A DNA stretch of 64,000 bases from Octopus vulgaris (lineage: Eukaryota): contig OX597817.1 in NCBI GenBank assembly GCA_951406725.2, positions 143,468,001 to 143,532,000 on the forward strand, read 5' to 3'. The notes beneath the pieces were generated by a model, which searched no databases, was not told the DNA's origin, and saw only the letters and a program-made list of their open reading frames with translations. Made by a program: the position numbers and the translations under genes. Shown piece after piece: positions 25,016 through 39,181 of this stretch. Each line of letters opens with the position of its first letter. Positions within the stretch are counted from its first letter, which is position 1.

Positions 25016-25956
25016 GCTTAGTGGATAGGGTGTTGATTGGAAGATTGTAGTTTCAATTCCTGGACCAGGTGATGCAGTGTGTTCTTGAGCAAGACACTTC
25101 ATTTCACGTTGCCCCAGTCCATTCAGCTGGCAAAAATGAGTAATCCTGTGACAGACCAGGGTGCCATCTAGTGAAGAATATATATCTGCCAGAGAAACCA
25201 AAAAACTGGCCCTATGCCCCTTGCAGAGTAATGGGGACTAACCATAAGGGAAAATATTACCCAGCTTGGAAACACATGAAAGACATCCAACACTACATCT
25301 TCTGTAAATTCCATCTGACCCATGCCAGCATGAAAAAATGGATGTTAAATGATGATGATAATGATGATGGTGACAATGATGATGATGGGATTGGTGTGTC
25401 CTTTCCAAGTACATTCCAAGTACAACAAAAGTGGTATTGCTGTTCCCAAAAAAAGATTTGAAATTAATCTAATGACTTGGACCACTTAATTAATCCCACT
25501 TAATTAATTAGTGGAGATTAATTACAGTAGAGATAATAATGTGGATTCCGTAGATTGGTAAAAGACGACACAGTGGTATTTCGTCTAATTGTTTGAATCA
25601 TGTTGTTTTCGGTTTACTAACCTCTGTAGGGTTTGAACTTAAAAATGTTGGGGAACGTGACTAAATACTTCTGGACATTTAGTTCAGTGCTGCACTGTTT
25701 TCACTATTTCACCATTATTCATCCTCTCCTCTATCCAAGCGAATAATTAAGCCCCTATGTGGTCTCTTGATCTGTTAGAAATAGCAGTCAAACCGCCCTC
25801 TAATTGCACATAAGCAGCTTAACCCTTTGCCATATTTCTTTAGCAGCCATGCATCCTATATGATACAGATTCCCAGTTTTTGGCAACCAATAGAGTAATT
25901 TGGGACCTGTGAAAGGGAAGCCTTATATTGATTGGAATGTATGAAACAAGGGCTAC

Positions 25957-26180
25957 CGTGTGGCCCAACACTCAAAAGGAACCCACTTTGCCTCTCTGAG
26001 GCCCAATGCTCAAAAGGAACTCACCCACCTCACTTCCATGAGGCCTAACACTCGAAAGGAACTTACCTACCTCATTACCGTGAGGCTCAACATTCAATAG
26101 GAACTCAACCACTTTGCCTCTGTGAGGCCCAACGCTCGAAAGGAACTCAGTCACTTGGCCTCCACAAGGCCCAAAATTAC
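25957..26180. repeat. 42-bp minisatellite
   Basis: GGCCC/GGCCT/GGCTC anchors at about 25962, 26000, 26042, 26084, 26126 and 26169. Confidence 0.9.
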
Positions 26181-27015
26181 TCAGAAATAAAGGCATGGAT
26201 GACACAAACAAGTACCAACATATGGATTATAAGTTCTAATCACAGCATGTATTTGCCAGTGTCTATGCACCAAACAATTATATACTACATCAATCAAGTT
26301 GATTTATACAGCAGAAAGTTTTTTGATCAGATATCATTTTATTCTTTATTCACACAGCTCAATATATGAGTCGAGTAGCTCCAAGGATTTCAAACTTCCA
26401 ATAATTGTTTTCACAAGGTGTTTTTTAAAAACTTTTCTTTTCATCTTGGAAAAGGTATAGCAGTATTTTCCATTTCCTCTTTATTGTACCGCCACTAATA
26501 CCTGCACGTGAAATCATTACAACCATTCCAGGTAATTTTTACGGCTACGTTAATTTGCGCTCTAGCTGTTAACATTATAAGGAGATCAAAAATGGTGATG
26601 CTTAGAGATGGATTGAACTTGGCAACTTTTAAAGATACCTACTCTAAAGCATAGAGTAGGCTGGAACCGAAATGCATAAAGCTAAAAGAATGATTGGTTG
26701 ATTGATGTGTACACAGTGATCAATGAATTCTGGCCGATCGTCTACAGACGAAGGGAAAGAGAAATTTGGGAAATGATTCCTACAAGAAATGAAGACGAAA
26801 TGTAACACAGGTACACACACACGCTTACACACAACACACATACGCTCACACACACAAACACACATACGCTCACATACTGTTACACTCACACGCCCTCACA
26901 CACACATGTGCTCTCTTTGTCTCTCTCTGTTTCTCTTTCACTCACACACACATACATATGCACTCTTTCTCTCTCTCCCTCTCTCTCTCCTTCTCTCTTT
27001 CTCTCTCTCCTTCTG

Positions 27016-27059
<44 letters not shown>

Positions 27060-27389
27060 ACATGCTGACATACCTTAAAATATTCAGAAACATCAAATGT
27101 GCTTAATAATTCGTAGTAGCAGAGGTCGAAATGGAGAGGGGGTGGGGAAGAGTGAAATTCAACAGCATTTCACATGGTCAATAATTCTCAAAAGGTAAAA
27201 AATTGACACCTTTTGAGAGATATAAGATCAATAAAATTTACAGGCAACAAAAAAAAACAAAAAAAAAACAAGAAGGAAGAAATCAATATCATTAGATGAG
27301 AGACGAGTGATGGTATGATTGGTATGATGGTAGGTCTGACAGACTCTGGAGAGATTATGCAACACCAAATGTAATTGATATTCCTTTGT

Positions 27390-27723
27390 AAGAATCACAT
27401 AAAATAACCATCATCTACCATTAACACAATGGTCTCTAATCTTTCCAACGCCTAACTTAATAACCAATCCATTTAGATGCATCTCGTGCACTTATCTCTC
27501 ATTCTCCGGTGGCAGTCACCTACACTGGTATCACACCTATCAGATCTTGCGTTAAACATTTTATTTAATCTTTCTTCTCCATAGCTGCAGGCATCTGGGA
27601 ACTCCTCCGCCTTAATAATATTAACCTCAAACAGCTGGAACTGGTCGTTAACTTTACTAACCTCGTTCAGTTATCTCCATCCTGCAGTCACAGAATGAAT
27701 GAATGAATAAATAAATAAATAAA
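27390..27723 (+). mobile_element. Old CR1/L2/Jockey-type LINE 3' remnant
   Basis: SFFSIAAGIW-like remnant near 27565-27605 followed by a (GAAT)n(AAAT)n tail. Confidence 0.4.
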
Positions 27724-27952
27724 CGGTATGTTCCTGTGAAAAGCCGCAGCAGATAAGCTAATCTTTGTGGTGGGACATCCAACTGTAATAGATGCAGTTG
27801 ATATCTTCAGGAGAGAGCATCTCATTTCAAACAGCCGTCATGAGAATCGGTGGAATGGCTGAGTGTAACACCAGATATTATCAAAGAACAACATACGATG
27901 AATTAATAGCAGATACAGGGGAAATAATAGGAACATAATCAATAAGTTATTA

Positions 27953-28222
27953 GATTGTCTGCTAAGGAGTTTTTATCTTCAACTTAAGAAAAAAAATATA
28001 AGCAAGCAGATGTGGCAGTGTGGTAAAAAGCTTGGTTCCCAACCACATGGTTCTGGGTTCAGTCACACTGCGTGGCACCTTGGACAAGATTACCTGCTAA
28101 GGAATTTTTATCTTCAACTTAAGAAAAAAAGTATAAGCAAGCAGATGTGGCAGTGTGGTAAGAAGCTTGGTTCGCAACCGCAGGGTTCTGGGTTCAGTCA
28201 CACTGCGTGGCACCTTGGACAA
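27953..28222. repeat. Tandem duplication of about 135 bp (flank + SINE A head)
   Basis: CTGCTAAGGA...CACCTTGGACAA occurs twice with few substitutions. Confidence 0.9.
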
Positions 28223-30004
28223 GTGAGACCAACGAAAGCTTTGTGAGTGAATTTGGCAGACGGAAACTGAAAGAAGCCAGTCATGTGTGTGTGTGTGTGT
28301 GTGTCCCACCACCACTCATGTTCTTGTCCCCATAACTTAGCAGTTCAACAAAAAAGACCAAGAGAATAAGTACAAGGTTTTTAAAAACAGTAAGTATTAT
28401 GGCCAATTCATTCAACTAGTAAGTTTTCAAGTGTTGCCCCAGTATGGCCACAGTCTAATGACTGAAACAAATAAAAGAAGCTCCTCAAAAGTATGGTCTC
28501 AAATTCAGTCCCAATACATGACACCTTGGGCAAGTGTCTCCACTATAAGCTCCAGACTAGGCAAAGTCTAGTGAGCAGATTTCGTAGATGGAAACTGAAA
28601 GAAGCCTGTCATAAATGGTTATATATGTATGTGTGTTTGTAAAAAAGTAAAACATCATACAATCAGTGTTGCTCACTTCCAGTCTTCTGTGAAAAACATG
28701 GGTGGTCATGGGGTAATATTAGCTTGCTTGGAGACGGACGAGGGTTAGCAATAGGAAGGGCATCCAGCCCCACAGAAAATCTGATTCAACAAATTCTGTC
28801 TAATCCATGCAAGCAAGGAAAAGTAGAATGGTGAATGATGATGATGATGACAAATAATCGTAATAGATCTCAGCATTCTGTAAATAGAAAGATCTATCTA
28901 GCATCGTTGGAAATCTACAGAAGCTGGAATGAAGTAACTGTCCAAGGAATCCCTGTGGTTCAAAGATGGATAATGAAACATCTGAGATAGTCACCGAAAG
29001 ATAACAAACAGCACGCATAGAGAAAACATGCAATAAATAATAGCTACGATGGAAAATAATTTAAAACACAGGCAGAGCAGATACTGTGAGGAGATAACTG
29101 GCAACTACAGTCAATAAAAACCAACAACAGCGAAATTTATCTGAGAGGAAAATCTGAATAAAATGTCTAATTTTATATCTTTTTTTTTTTTTTTTTTTTT
29201 TTTTTCTATATGAATATTAATTTAAATTAAATTTTCAATATTACTTTTAACCACTGCAGAAATTAATGGAAATAAATAAAATAAACAAAGTATAAACAAG
29301 GATAAAAATCAATAAAACAGCCCATCAATGTAGTTGATTAAATACGAAAATACTTGCTCAATCTCGTTATTATAATCATTCATCTTTGGTTAATCTACTG
29401 ATTGTGTTAGTGAACGTTGCATGCAATAAGAGCAAAGCTGAAATCATAATCCAATAAAATGGACAATTGGCAATCGCAGATTTAACGAACTTTTAATGAT
29501 GTTTGATTTTAAGTTTGATGCAAGAATACACTAATTCTTAAACTGCTTGAAAGCATCTTAATGTTAATCCGCTCGGTGAAAGATTAATTTCATTTTGTTT
29601 TGGTTTTGATCAAGGAGGGGGGGATTGGTTTTTTTTTTTTTTTGTTTGTTTAGATTTTTTTGTTTTTGTTTTCAAGACACATGTAACATCTGATTGTATC
29701 AGAATGGAGTACAAGTAACCTATTAAAGAATCGCCGCCGTCATCGTCATTTGACATCTGCTTTTCCATGCTTGCATGTGTTGGACAGAGTTTATTAAGGC
29801 AGATTTTCTACAACCCTCACTTGTTACCAGCCCTCACTTATTTCCAAGCAAGGTAATATTCCCCCACCCTGCTGGTTAGACATGTTTTTGCAGAAGATTG
29901 GAAATGAATGACACTGCTTGTATGACAGGGACACTCATTTACAACTATCACACTATGTCAAAACAAAGAAACACATACACACACTCATACATACATACAT
30001 ATGA

Positions 30005-30665
30005 GCATTGTGTATTGAGGAAGGAATAGAGGAATTAGATGCAGTAAGAAAGGAGACAGGTTTGGTCATGTGATGTGGATGGATGAGGGCAGTTGCATGA
30101 AGAAGTACCAATTACTTAAAGCAGAGAGAACTTGTGGAAGAGGGGAAACTCATGAAGATATAGGATGAAGTTTTGAAGGCTGATCTCGAAAGGCTGAGTC
30201 TTATGAAGAGGAGAGAGGACAGAAATGCAGCACATTGCTGTACTTGAGAAAATCTGCCCACCACAACAGAATTAAGATTCTAAACTTAAGGTGCCATATA
30301 CAAAACACTCAGTACACTCTGTGGAGTGGTTGACCTTGCCACTTCCTATCAAGCGGTTCAACCCATGCCAGCATGGACCATGGACATTAACTGGTGATGA
30401 TGATGATGATATATATATATATATATATAGTTGATTTTCTATGTATGCTGGTGTCACACAAAAAGTACCTATGCTGGGAGGGGCCACATAAAAAGCACCC
30501 AGTACACTCTGCAAAGTGATTGGCACTAGGAAGGGCATCCAGCCAAAGTAACCTCTCCTAAACAGACGATTGAATCCTAATGCAGCTCTCCGACATGCCA
30601 GCTCCAATCAAGTCATCCAACCCATGCCAGCATGGAAAACAGACATTAAATGATGATGATGATGA
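30005..30665 (+). mobile_element. Degenerate RTE LINE 3' fragment followed by a second tail copy
   Basis: FGHVMWMDEG...TCGRG-like remnant at 30050-30250. Two (GAT)n-terminated tails ending near 30410 and 30665. Confidence 0.65.
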
Positions 30666-32239
30666 AGATATATATGGGCTTCTTTCAGTTTCTGTCTACC
30701 AAATCCACTCTCAAGACTTTGGTTGGCCAGGTAAAACACATGCCGGATGTAAAACACAGTGTGAATGAACCTGGGACCATGTGGTTGGAAAAGCAAACTT
30801 CTTAACCACATCATCATCATCATCATCATCATCATCGTCGTTTAACGTCCGCTTTCCATGCTAGCATGGGTTGGACGAATGACTGAGGGCTGGTGAACCA
30901 GATGGCTGCACCAGGCTCCAATCTTGATCTAGCAGAGTTTCTACAGCTGGATGCCCTTCTTAATGCCAACCACTACTAATAAGAGTAAAATAGAAGAGGA
31001 GAAAAATGAAAAGAAATAAAGTGACAAGAAGGGGATGGGGCAGTGTTCTGGAATGTGGAACCATATTCTGAATGAATGGAATGCAAATAACTTTACCGAA
31101 TTTACTCAAGGAACATATCAAGGCCACATACTACCTAGAAGCTTCCAATCCCAAGTCAGTCCAAGCTGAAGGAATTTTGATATTTCCATTGTAACACTGA
31201 AGTTCTTTAACAGCAACAACAACAATAATAAGGGAAAAGAAAAAAAGGGGGGAAAAATTGTAAGAAGAAAAGGAAAGAGAAAAGAAACAAGAGGTGCAGG
31301 CATTACTGTGGTAAGAAGCTTGCTTCTCAACCATATGCTTCCGGGTTCAGTCCCACTGCATAGCACCTTGGGCAAGTGTCTTTCTACTACAGCCTTAGGT
31401 CAATCAAAGCCTTGTTGGTGGATTTGATAAACGGAAACTGAAAGAAGCCCATTGCGCACATGTGTGTGTGTATGCTTATATGTACATTTAGGTGTGTATC
31501 TTTCTGTCTGTCTGTCCTCCAACACTGCCTGACTACCAATGTTGGTGCATTTTTGTCCCTATAACTTAGCAGTTCAGCACAAGAGACCAATAGAATAAGA
31601 AGCTGGCTTTAAAACAAAAAAATGTACTAAGATTGATTCCTTCAACTAAAAATCATTCAAGGTGGTGCCCCAACATGGCCAAAGTCTAATGACTGAAACA
31701 AGTAAAAGATAAAAGACAAAGAGAGAGAAAAAAGTGGAGAAAAAAGTGGAGAAACAAATGAAGAAGAAAAATAAAAAAAAATAACAGGAATAAAATAGAA
31801 CAAAAAAGGTGACAAAAGAATTGATTCTTGAGGAATTACAGAATTTTTTTGGTAAATTCATTTGAGATTGGAAAGCAAAATGAAATTTATTTCTGCTAAA
31901 AGTTGGACATGAAAAATAATAAAGTGAGAAAGCCAATAATGAAATTATTATCAAAAAGAAAGATAAAAAGAAACACTGAGAATACAGAATAAAGTAAACA
32001 AAATGAAATAAAATTAATAAACAAATCTTATTAGATGAAAAGATGAAAGAATATAACAAAAATTCATTGAATGAAAAGACATTTAAGACTTTAATTATCA
32101 AAACATTTCTGATTATTAAATTAAAAACACAAAAAGAAACACACACACACACACACACACAAAGTCATCAATACACATAAACAATGATCTGTGAAAATTT
32201 GAAAGGGAAATTTTGGTTAAATCATATACAAAATCTAAA

Positions 32240-32695
32240 TGACAACATCATGTGATCACTGATTTCATAGCTGGCAATGACAAATTCTTGATATCAAAGG
32301 TGACAATGTCACATGACAGCTGATATTATATAGTGACAATCTCACATGAACAGTAGATATCATAGATGGCAATCTCACATGAACAGTTGATATCATAAGT
32401 GATAATGTCACATGAACAGTTGATATCATAAATGACAATCTCATATGAATAGTTGATATTATAGATGACAATGTCACATGATAGTTGATATCATCAGTGA
32501 CAATGTCACATAAACAATTGATCTCATAGATGACAATGTCACATGAACAGTTAATCTCATAGATGGCAATGTCACATGAACAGTTGATATCATTAAGTGA
32601 TAATCTCACATGGTAGATGGTTTCAGAGCCAACAATGATCATGTGACAGTTCATTTCGTAAGATGACAATGATCACATGATAGTTGATTTTATAT
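32240..32695. repeat. 33-bp minisatellite TGACAATGTCACATGAACAGTTGATATCATAGA
   Basis: About 13 units; TGACAAT recurs at 32301, 32334 and onward. Confidence 0.95.
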
Positions 32696-35600
32696 GTAAC
32701 GAAACCATGGCCAATACGGAGCTTTTACATAACTGCTTAACCTGCTAGATATAATAGCCAAATCTCATTCAAAATTACATTGTACAATTTTTAAAAAAAA
32801 CACTAAACATTATAGTACTAGATACACTGTGACTGAATAGAAAAAAACTGATAAAATGCCCTTCGTCAATAATCCTGCTCAATCAAAGCTGACTGAGTAT
32901 TTAACAACAATGGTCTTTTAGGATTAATGTTGCTGCAACTACAACAGCATTGGCCAAGTGAGTCCTGATTAAATCAGGACCATCTCCTGTGAATAATCAA
33001 AGAAAAATACATGATGCCCGTCCTCCTTCAAACCATCCAACCCATGCCAGCATTGAAAGCGGACGTTAAACGATGACGAGGATGATATTGTGTGTGTATG
33101 TATATACATATATATTAAAATTATAAAAAAGGGTATCTAAGAGATACCACCATTCGTAAACAACAGATGAGAGTTCTGCAATCACTTGCTGATCAACCTG
33201 CACAGGTGATTGGTTTACAGTGATCACATGATCATACTGTACAATTAGCTCATGCCCTCCATCAAATCAACATTGCCAGTGCAGGTGCATGGTGGGCCAA
33301 ATATCAGATGCCAAACTGACTACAGAACAATATGAAGTGAAGTGCTTTGCTCAGAAACACAATGCACCACCTAGCCTTGCAATTGAAACCACAATCTTGC
33401 AATCACGAGTGCAGCAGCCTAACCACTAAGCCACAAACCTTTACTCTATTGCATAAGATCTAAATTACCATGGATTCCCTCCCTATTTATCATCAAATGG
33501 CTTTGATTGAACAGGTTGGGTGTGTCTATTGTCAACACCCACATGAGAGAGATTCTCTTCTCAGATTTCATAATAAACAGAGAGCCATTAATGACCACCT
33601 GTGCACACATGCAAGTCTATGACTGCTAATTGCTGAAGCAATTATTATTTTTTTTTTTCGATAACTCCAGCCCCATCCCAAATTTCTAAACATTGGTAAT
33701 TTTCTAATAATTATAGAAACCATGATTTTTTTTTTTAAATTCAACTCATCTTAATTATTGCAGATTATCAAAGTTAATTCTCCTTTTCTCCATAAAACTA
33801 GTTCTATCTACCTACATATCAATCAATACTGTTTTTCTTTGATTATCTTTTGCAACAAAACGAACAGCAATTTTTTGATGAAATATTTCAATCATCTGTA
33901 GAATTCCTAACATGTTTTGTAATAAATTAAATTTTCACTTTACAAAGTCAGGTTTCTGCATTCCATCCGATACAATTAAAACGGCAACATGTCACCGTTA
34001 GCTGCAACAACTACCATCTTCAGAAACAAATTAATCACTCGGAAAAACATACAGAATACACACGTACAAATAACAAAAATCTGGATTTTTCTTTTTTTGC
34101 TGTGTTTTCCCCCTAAAACTAAAAATGTGCAATTGGTTTAAAAATCAAATAACAGACAAAATCAAAGAACACTTTAATTTTGATAAGGAAAAAAACAACA
34201 AGCAAACAAAAAACATTACTAAAACATAGGTTTTAAAATCTAAAACAAAACTAGACGTGTTTTATAGTTTCTTTACGTATGTTTTGCAAAATACTTGTTT
34301 TACAAATTCACTTATAAACTAAGTAGAGGTTGGGGGATAGGGGCGCTTTTCTTTCTTTTTTTTTTTTTTATAAACAAATTGCATCAGCGTTTCAATCTTG
34401 ACACTATGCCATCAAATCAATCGATCAATCAATATTTACTTATCACAAACAAGTGTGATTGTACTGCAGTTCAACTTTCAACAAACAAAAAAAAAAAAAA
34501 CTTCACCTCCACTAACCTTGCACAACCACCATCCACCCCACCCCACCCCCGAATTCACTGCATCCCAAAAGGGTTTGATGTGTGGGGAAGGGGAAATACT
34601 GTGTACTTGCCTTTCTCCCATTCCTAGTTTGAGACATGGACGAGAAAAGGAGGAAAACACAAGCCTAACGAGAAAATCATTAATGTGAATCAAAAGCACC
34701 ATGTAGACTGTGTGTGGGGAGGGAGAGAGAGAGAGAGAAAGAGAGTGAGAGACAGAAAAAGAGAGAGAGAGAAAAAGAGAGAGGGGGGTGTATTTGCTAT
34801 ATCATGTATGAGGAGGCATCCATAAGTCTTGTGCAATCACGGGTGATCTGTATATGTATTGGTCTAACCCTGAGTCGTAGCACCTGTTAGAGACTCAGCT
34901 ATGGATTAAATACCATGTGAATCACTGCAAGTGAAGAATCACCAGTTCTCATTAAAATTTCTTTCTAGAATATAAACTCATATAATAAAATAAATAAATA
35001 AATACAAAAACTCTGAAGCACAGTTGGTTTCAGGTTATCTTAACCCATTGTGCCACTGGTTTTATAGCTTACTGCACTGAAAAATTGCTTCAGTGTTGTG
35101 CAACACTATCTGCTCAAAACAAATTCATGCAACTTCTTGGATTCTTTGAATGTTTGTATGGGTTTGCTGAGTTTAGGAAACGGTCTTACTCAATCGCAAA
35201 CTGACTTATACCAGAAACCCACATGTAAGCAGCATTGTCTGCATTTGAAAATGTGCATGCTGTCAGCTAACCATGTCTCGGTGTTGCATATTCTTCATGT
35301 AAACTTGTCTTCAGCAATCCTCAGCCTCTCCTCGTCTTTCTAAACCCTTGTCTACTTCCCTGATGAAGAATTTAGTAAAATAACTGCCGTTATTGAGTTG
35401 ATGCTTGAAATATAAATTAGCAGGAAATTTTGAAGAAATATTTTTAATTCAGATCACTTTAAACATTCATCATCATCATCATTTAATGTCCATTGTCTAT
35501 GCTGGCATGGGTTGGACAGTTTGACCAGGGCTGGTGAGCTGAGGGGCTGCACCAAACTCCAGTATAATTTGGTATGGTTTCTACAGCTGGATACCCTTCC

Positions 35601-38600
35601 TAACACCAACCACTCCAAGAAAGCAACAGGTGCTTTTGTGCACTACCAGTATGGGTACCCGTTGCATGACACCAGTATCTGCCATATCTACGATTTCACT
35701 TGGCTTGATGGGTTTTCTACTCAAGCACAGCATATTGCCAAAGGTCTCGGTCATTTGTCATTGCACCCGTGAGGCCCAACACTCAAAAAAGGTATATACA
35801 TATTGAAAAGGTATATACATAGTTACTCTTTATTTGTTTTTGTGTACAGTGGTTGGTAGTTAAAGTACTTCAGTACACATCAACAGATCATAAGTTCAAA
35901 CCTTACTAACCAATGCAGGACCTTTTATGTGGTCACTCAACTTGTTCAAAACCTCCCACAAATCACAATACTGTCTTTAAAAAAAAATAGTTATACACTG
36001 GATGATGTAGTCCTAGATACACTATCCTAAATAAAAGACTAGGTGGTCAAGGACAACTTTAATTATAGTTATCAAGAACAACTTTAATCAACAGAATTAA
36101 CCTGAGGTTAAACAACTTCACTACTTCACAATGTCTTTAATCAAAGGAGATAAATCTAGTCTTCATTAATGTAGCTAAAAATAGAGAGAAATAACAAAAT
36201 TTGTAACTGAGTCTATGGCACACAATGCTCTCTCTCTCTAATTCTGTTGCTCCTTTTTCTCTCATCCTATCTCCACTGCATCACTTTCTCCCATCCTGCC
36301 CTTATGTCTTTCATTTTGTTTTTCTATTCAGTCTACTTACCAACAACCAGTGTGTAGCAGCCCATCACTGCCTTATTACCATATTGTCCCTGATAATCTG
36401 TTTTTCCAATGTTTTATCCCTTTTGATGCCAACCCTGATTCTATGATACAAATTAAAATCATCCATCAAAATTTCATGTTAAAAACACCAATTTAAAAAA
36501 TGACAGCTATTTCACTAAACATTTTATTATTTTCAAACAATTTGAAACAAAGAAAGCAATCTATTCCCACAGAAACATGATAATAAAAGGGTTAAAGAAA
36601 TCTATTTCAAAAGCTTATGAATCTCCATCACGAACAAATACCTGTGCTCATCAAAGAAAGCCACCATTATTTGCTTCAGTTCAAAATTCCTTAGTTCTAT
36701 GACTCAGCTTCTCACCCGCACCTGTCATCCAGTAACATGGAGGAAGGATACAAAATGGGTCGGATTACTGAAATTTGGCAAAAACCATCAGGCAAGTTTC
36801 CCATGGAGGTGTCGGTGATGCTATTTGTAAGCACTTTTACGTTAGCTACATAGCTTATGGTTGCAATAGAAAGAGGGTGTCATCGAATTTGGCAAGGAAT
36901 AGCACAGGGCAGATTAGAAAGTGTCACAGTGTATGGTTAGGCATGCCGCTAAACCTAAAATATTTCCAGAAAAAAAGGTGGATGTGGAGAGGTGTAATAA
37001 AAATATAAAATGGTACTTTTCCTACTTTCCTGTGGGTGGTCATGATTGTCAGATATGCAATGCAAACATTAGCAGATTAAAAACACTGATAGAAAAAGAA
37101 TACAGTTTTGAAAGAAATAGAAAAAAAAAAGAACTAAAGAAATTTGAGGGTGCCATCAATCAAAAAAATGTTGAAAAATATTGGTATAAAAGTCTGAAGG
37201 TAAGAATTAATCATTTCTTTGACAAACATATTGTTATATCAAAAAAGAAAAACAAGAATAACATCGAAGCAGACAGTCAGATTTAATCTTTTAATATCCT
37301 TTCTTTTTAACACTGTGAAAGTATTTCAGCAACCTCTGTGCACTTGCTTTTCAAAGAAATTCCATTGTTGAAGAAATCAATAAATTCTGACAAATAAATA
37401 AAATGGAAGACATAATAGAGTGAAAGGAAGGTTTGGGTGTTGACCAGAAGATCAGGGGTTCAAGCTTTACTCAATCTCAATTGTTATACTCCCCTTCAGA
37501 CAAAGTGCTACTTGCCTTGTCAAACAATGTTAGTATTACAGAAGAGAGGTGCAACCATTTGTAGTGAATGCTTGTTTGTAATTATTTAAAGATTAGGACT
37601 AAGAAAAAATACAACTAACCAAATCAATTAGGCACCAACCAAACCAACAACCAATGATTTATAGTCTGACACAGGTATAAGCTGTGTCTTTAGCAAAGTC
37701 TCTCGTTTCTGTAGATTATCAAGCTACAGATAGGTACCAGGCCAAGGCAATACAGCCGTATGTCTATAAACAACTCCACACTTTGATATATAACCACCAA
37801 ATGTTTATTAGCTTACACTTCTGAACAAAAACTCTCAATGGCAAAGTCTACTAAACCATATATAGATACCGTGCAAGAGAGGTTAGGCCAACCAAAAGCC
37901 TTGTGAGTGGATTTAGTAGATGAAAACTGAAAGACACCCATTGTGTATATATATATATGTGTGTGTGTATATATAAGTGTGTGTGTGTATATATGTGTGT
38001 GTGTATGTATATATTTAAGTATGTATGCATTCCTGTGTGCATGCATTTTTCTGTTTGTTTGTTCTTCACCTCCCACCCTAACCATCGCGCTTGACAACCG
38101 ATATTGGTATGTCTACTGGGGTTGATTTCTTCAACTAAAACCCTTTAAGGTGGTGCTCCAGCATAGCTGCAGTCTAATGACTGAAACAAGGAAAAGAATA
38201 AAAGTGTGTGTGTATATATAATATATATATATATAAAGGTGAGCTGGCAGAATCGTTAGCACGCTGAACAAAATCCTTAGTGGTATTTTACCCGTCACTA
38301 CTTTGAGTTCAAATTCCACCGAAGTCAACTTTGCCTTTCGTCCTTTCAGAGTTGATAAATTAAGTACCAGTTACATACTGGGGTTGATCTAATTGACCTT
38401 CTTTACATAATAGCCACTGTCTAGCTACTTTGTCAGTTCACTTGTACTGCTTTAAATTCCAATTCTATCCTGACAATATTTCTAATAAAGTACCCAGTCC
38501 CAGTATTTAATACATTTTGGAAAATAATCGATAAATCCGCAGGATTTAGTATAACAACTATTATTTATTCATTATTTAGCTGATACTCGGCGCACAACTT

Positions 38601-39181
38601 AAAAGGTTCCTACATGAAATTATGATAGGAAGTTTTAATTTAAATATTAACATTTTAAAAGGAAAAGTCTCAGGTGGATTGTTGTTCAATGAATTAACTC
38701 ACTCCTCTTCAATCACTAAAGATCATTAGCAACGATTCTTGTTTATGTTCAGTTATTATGTAACATCAAACAAATAGTTCATACAGCTCGTCTTCTGATC
38801 AAAGAAACCCTTTCCACTCTAGTGACAGTGTTATTAACACCTCTAATTACAAAGGTATTAGCACCATTAATACCTTGCTAATTACATCACCTATTTAACA
38901 GAAATATTTCCATCCATTCTGTTTGTATGTTGGAAGGGTCATTGTGCCAATAACAAACACACACACTGGTTCTGTTTCACTAGGCCATGTCACTGAAAAG
39001 GTCATGAATGGCGACGAAAGAACTTTGACAAACATAACTGATCAATCGAATTCATCGAATGATTATTCAAAGAATCAATTTGTTAAATGGTTAATCAACT
39101 GACAAATACCAGTTGTGAAGCCATCAACAAAGACACACACATACACATATCTATATTTATTTATCTATATACATATATACA

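Noticed and set aside
32265-32669. 134-aa repetitive ORF
   Set aside because: A by-product of the 33-bp (11-codon) unit; no splice or homology support.
35355-35427. CTGATGA...GAAA hammerhead-like spacing
   Set aside because: Stems I-III pair poorly; at best a decayed relic. Similar weak hits at 8795-8830(-), 13490-13520(-) and 50280-50300 were also dismissed.
36775-37286. ORFs of 77 and 121 aa
   Set aside because: No recognisable domain, A-run-rich; probably a decayed DNA transposon.
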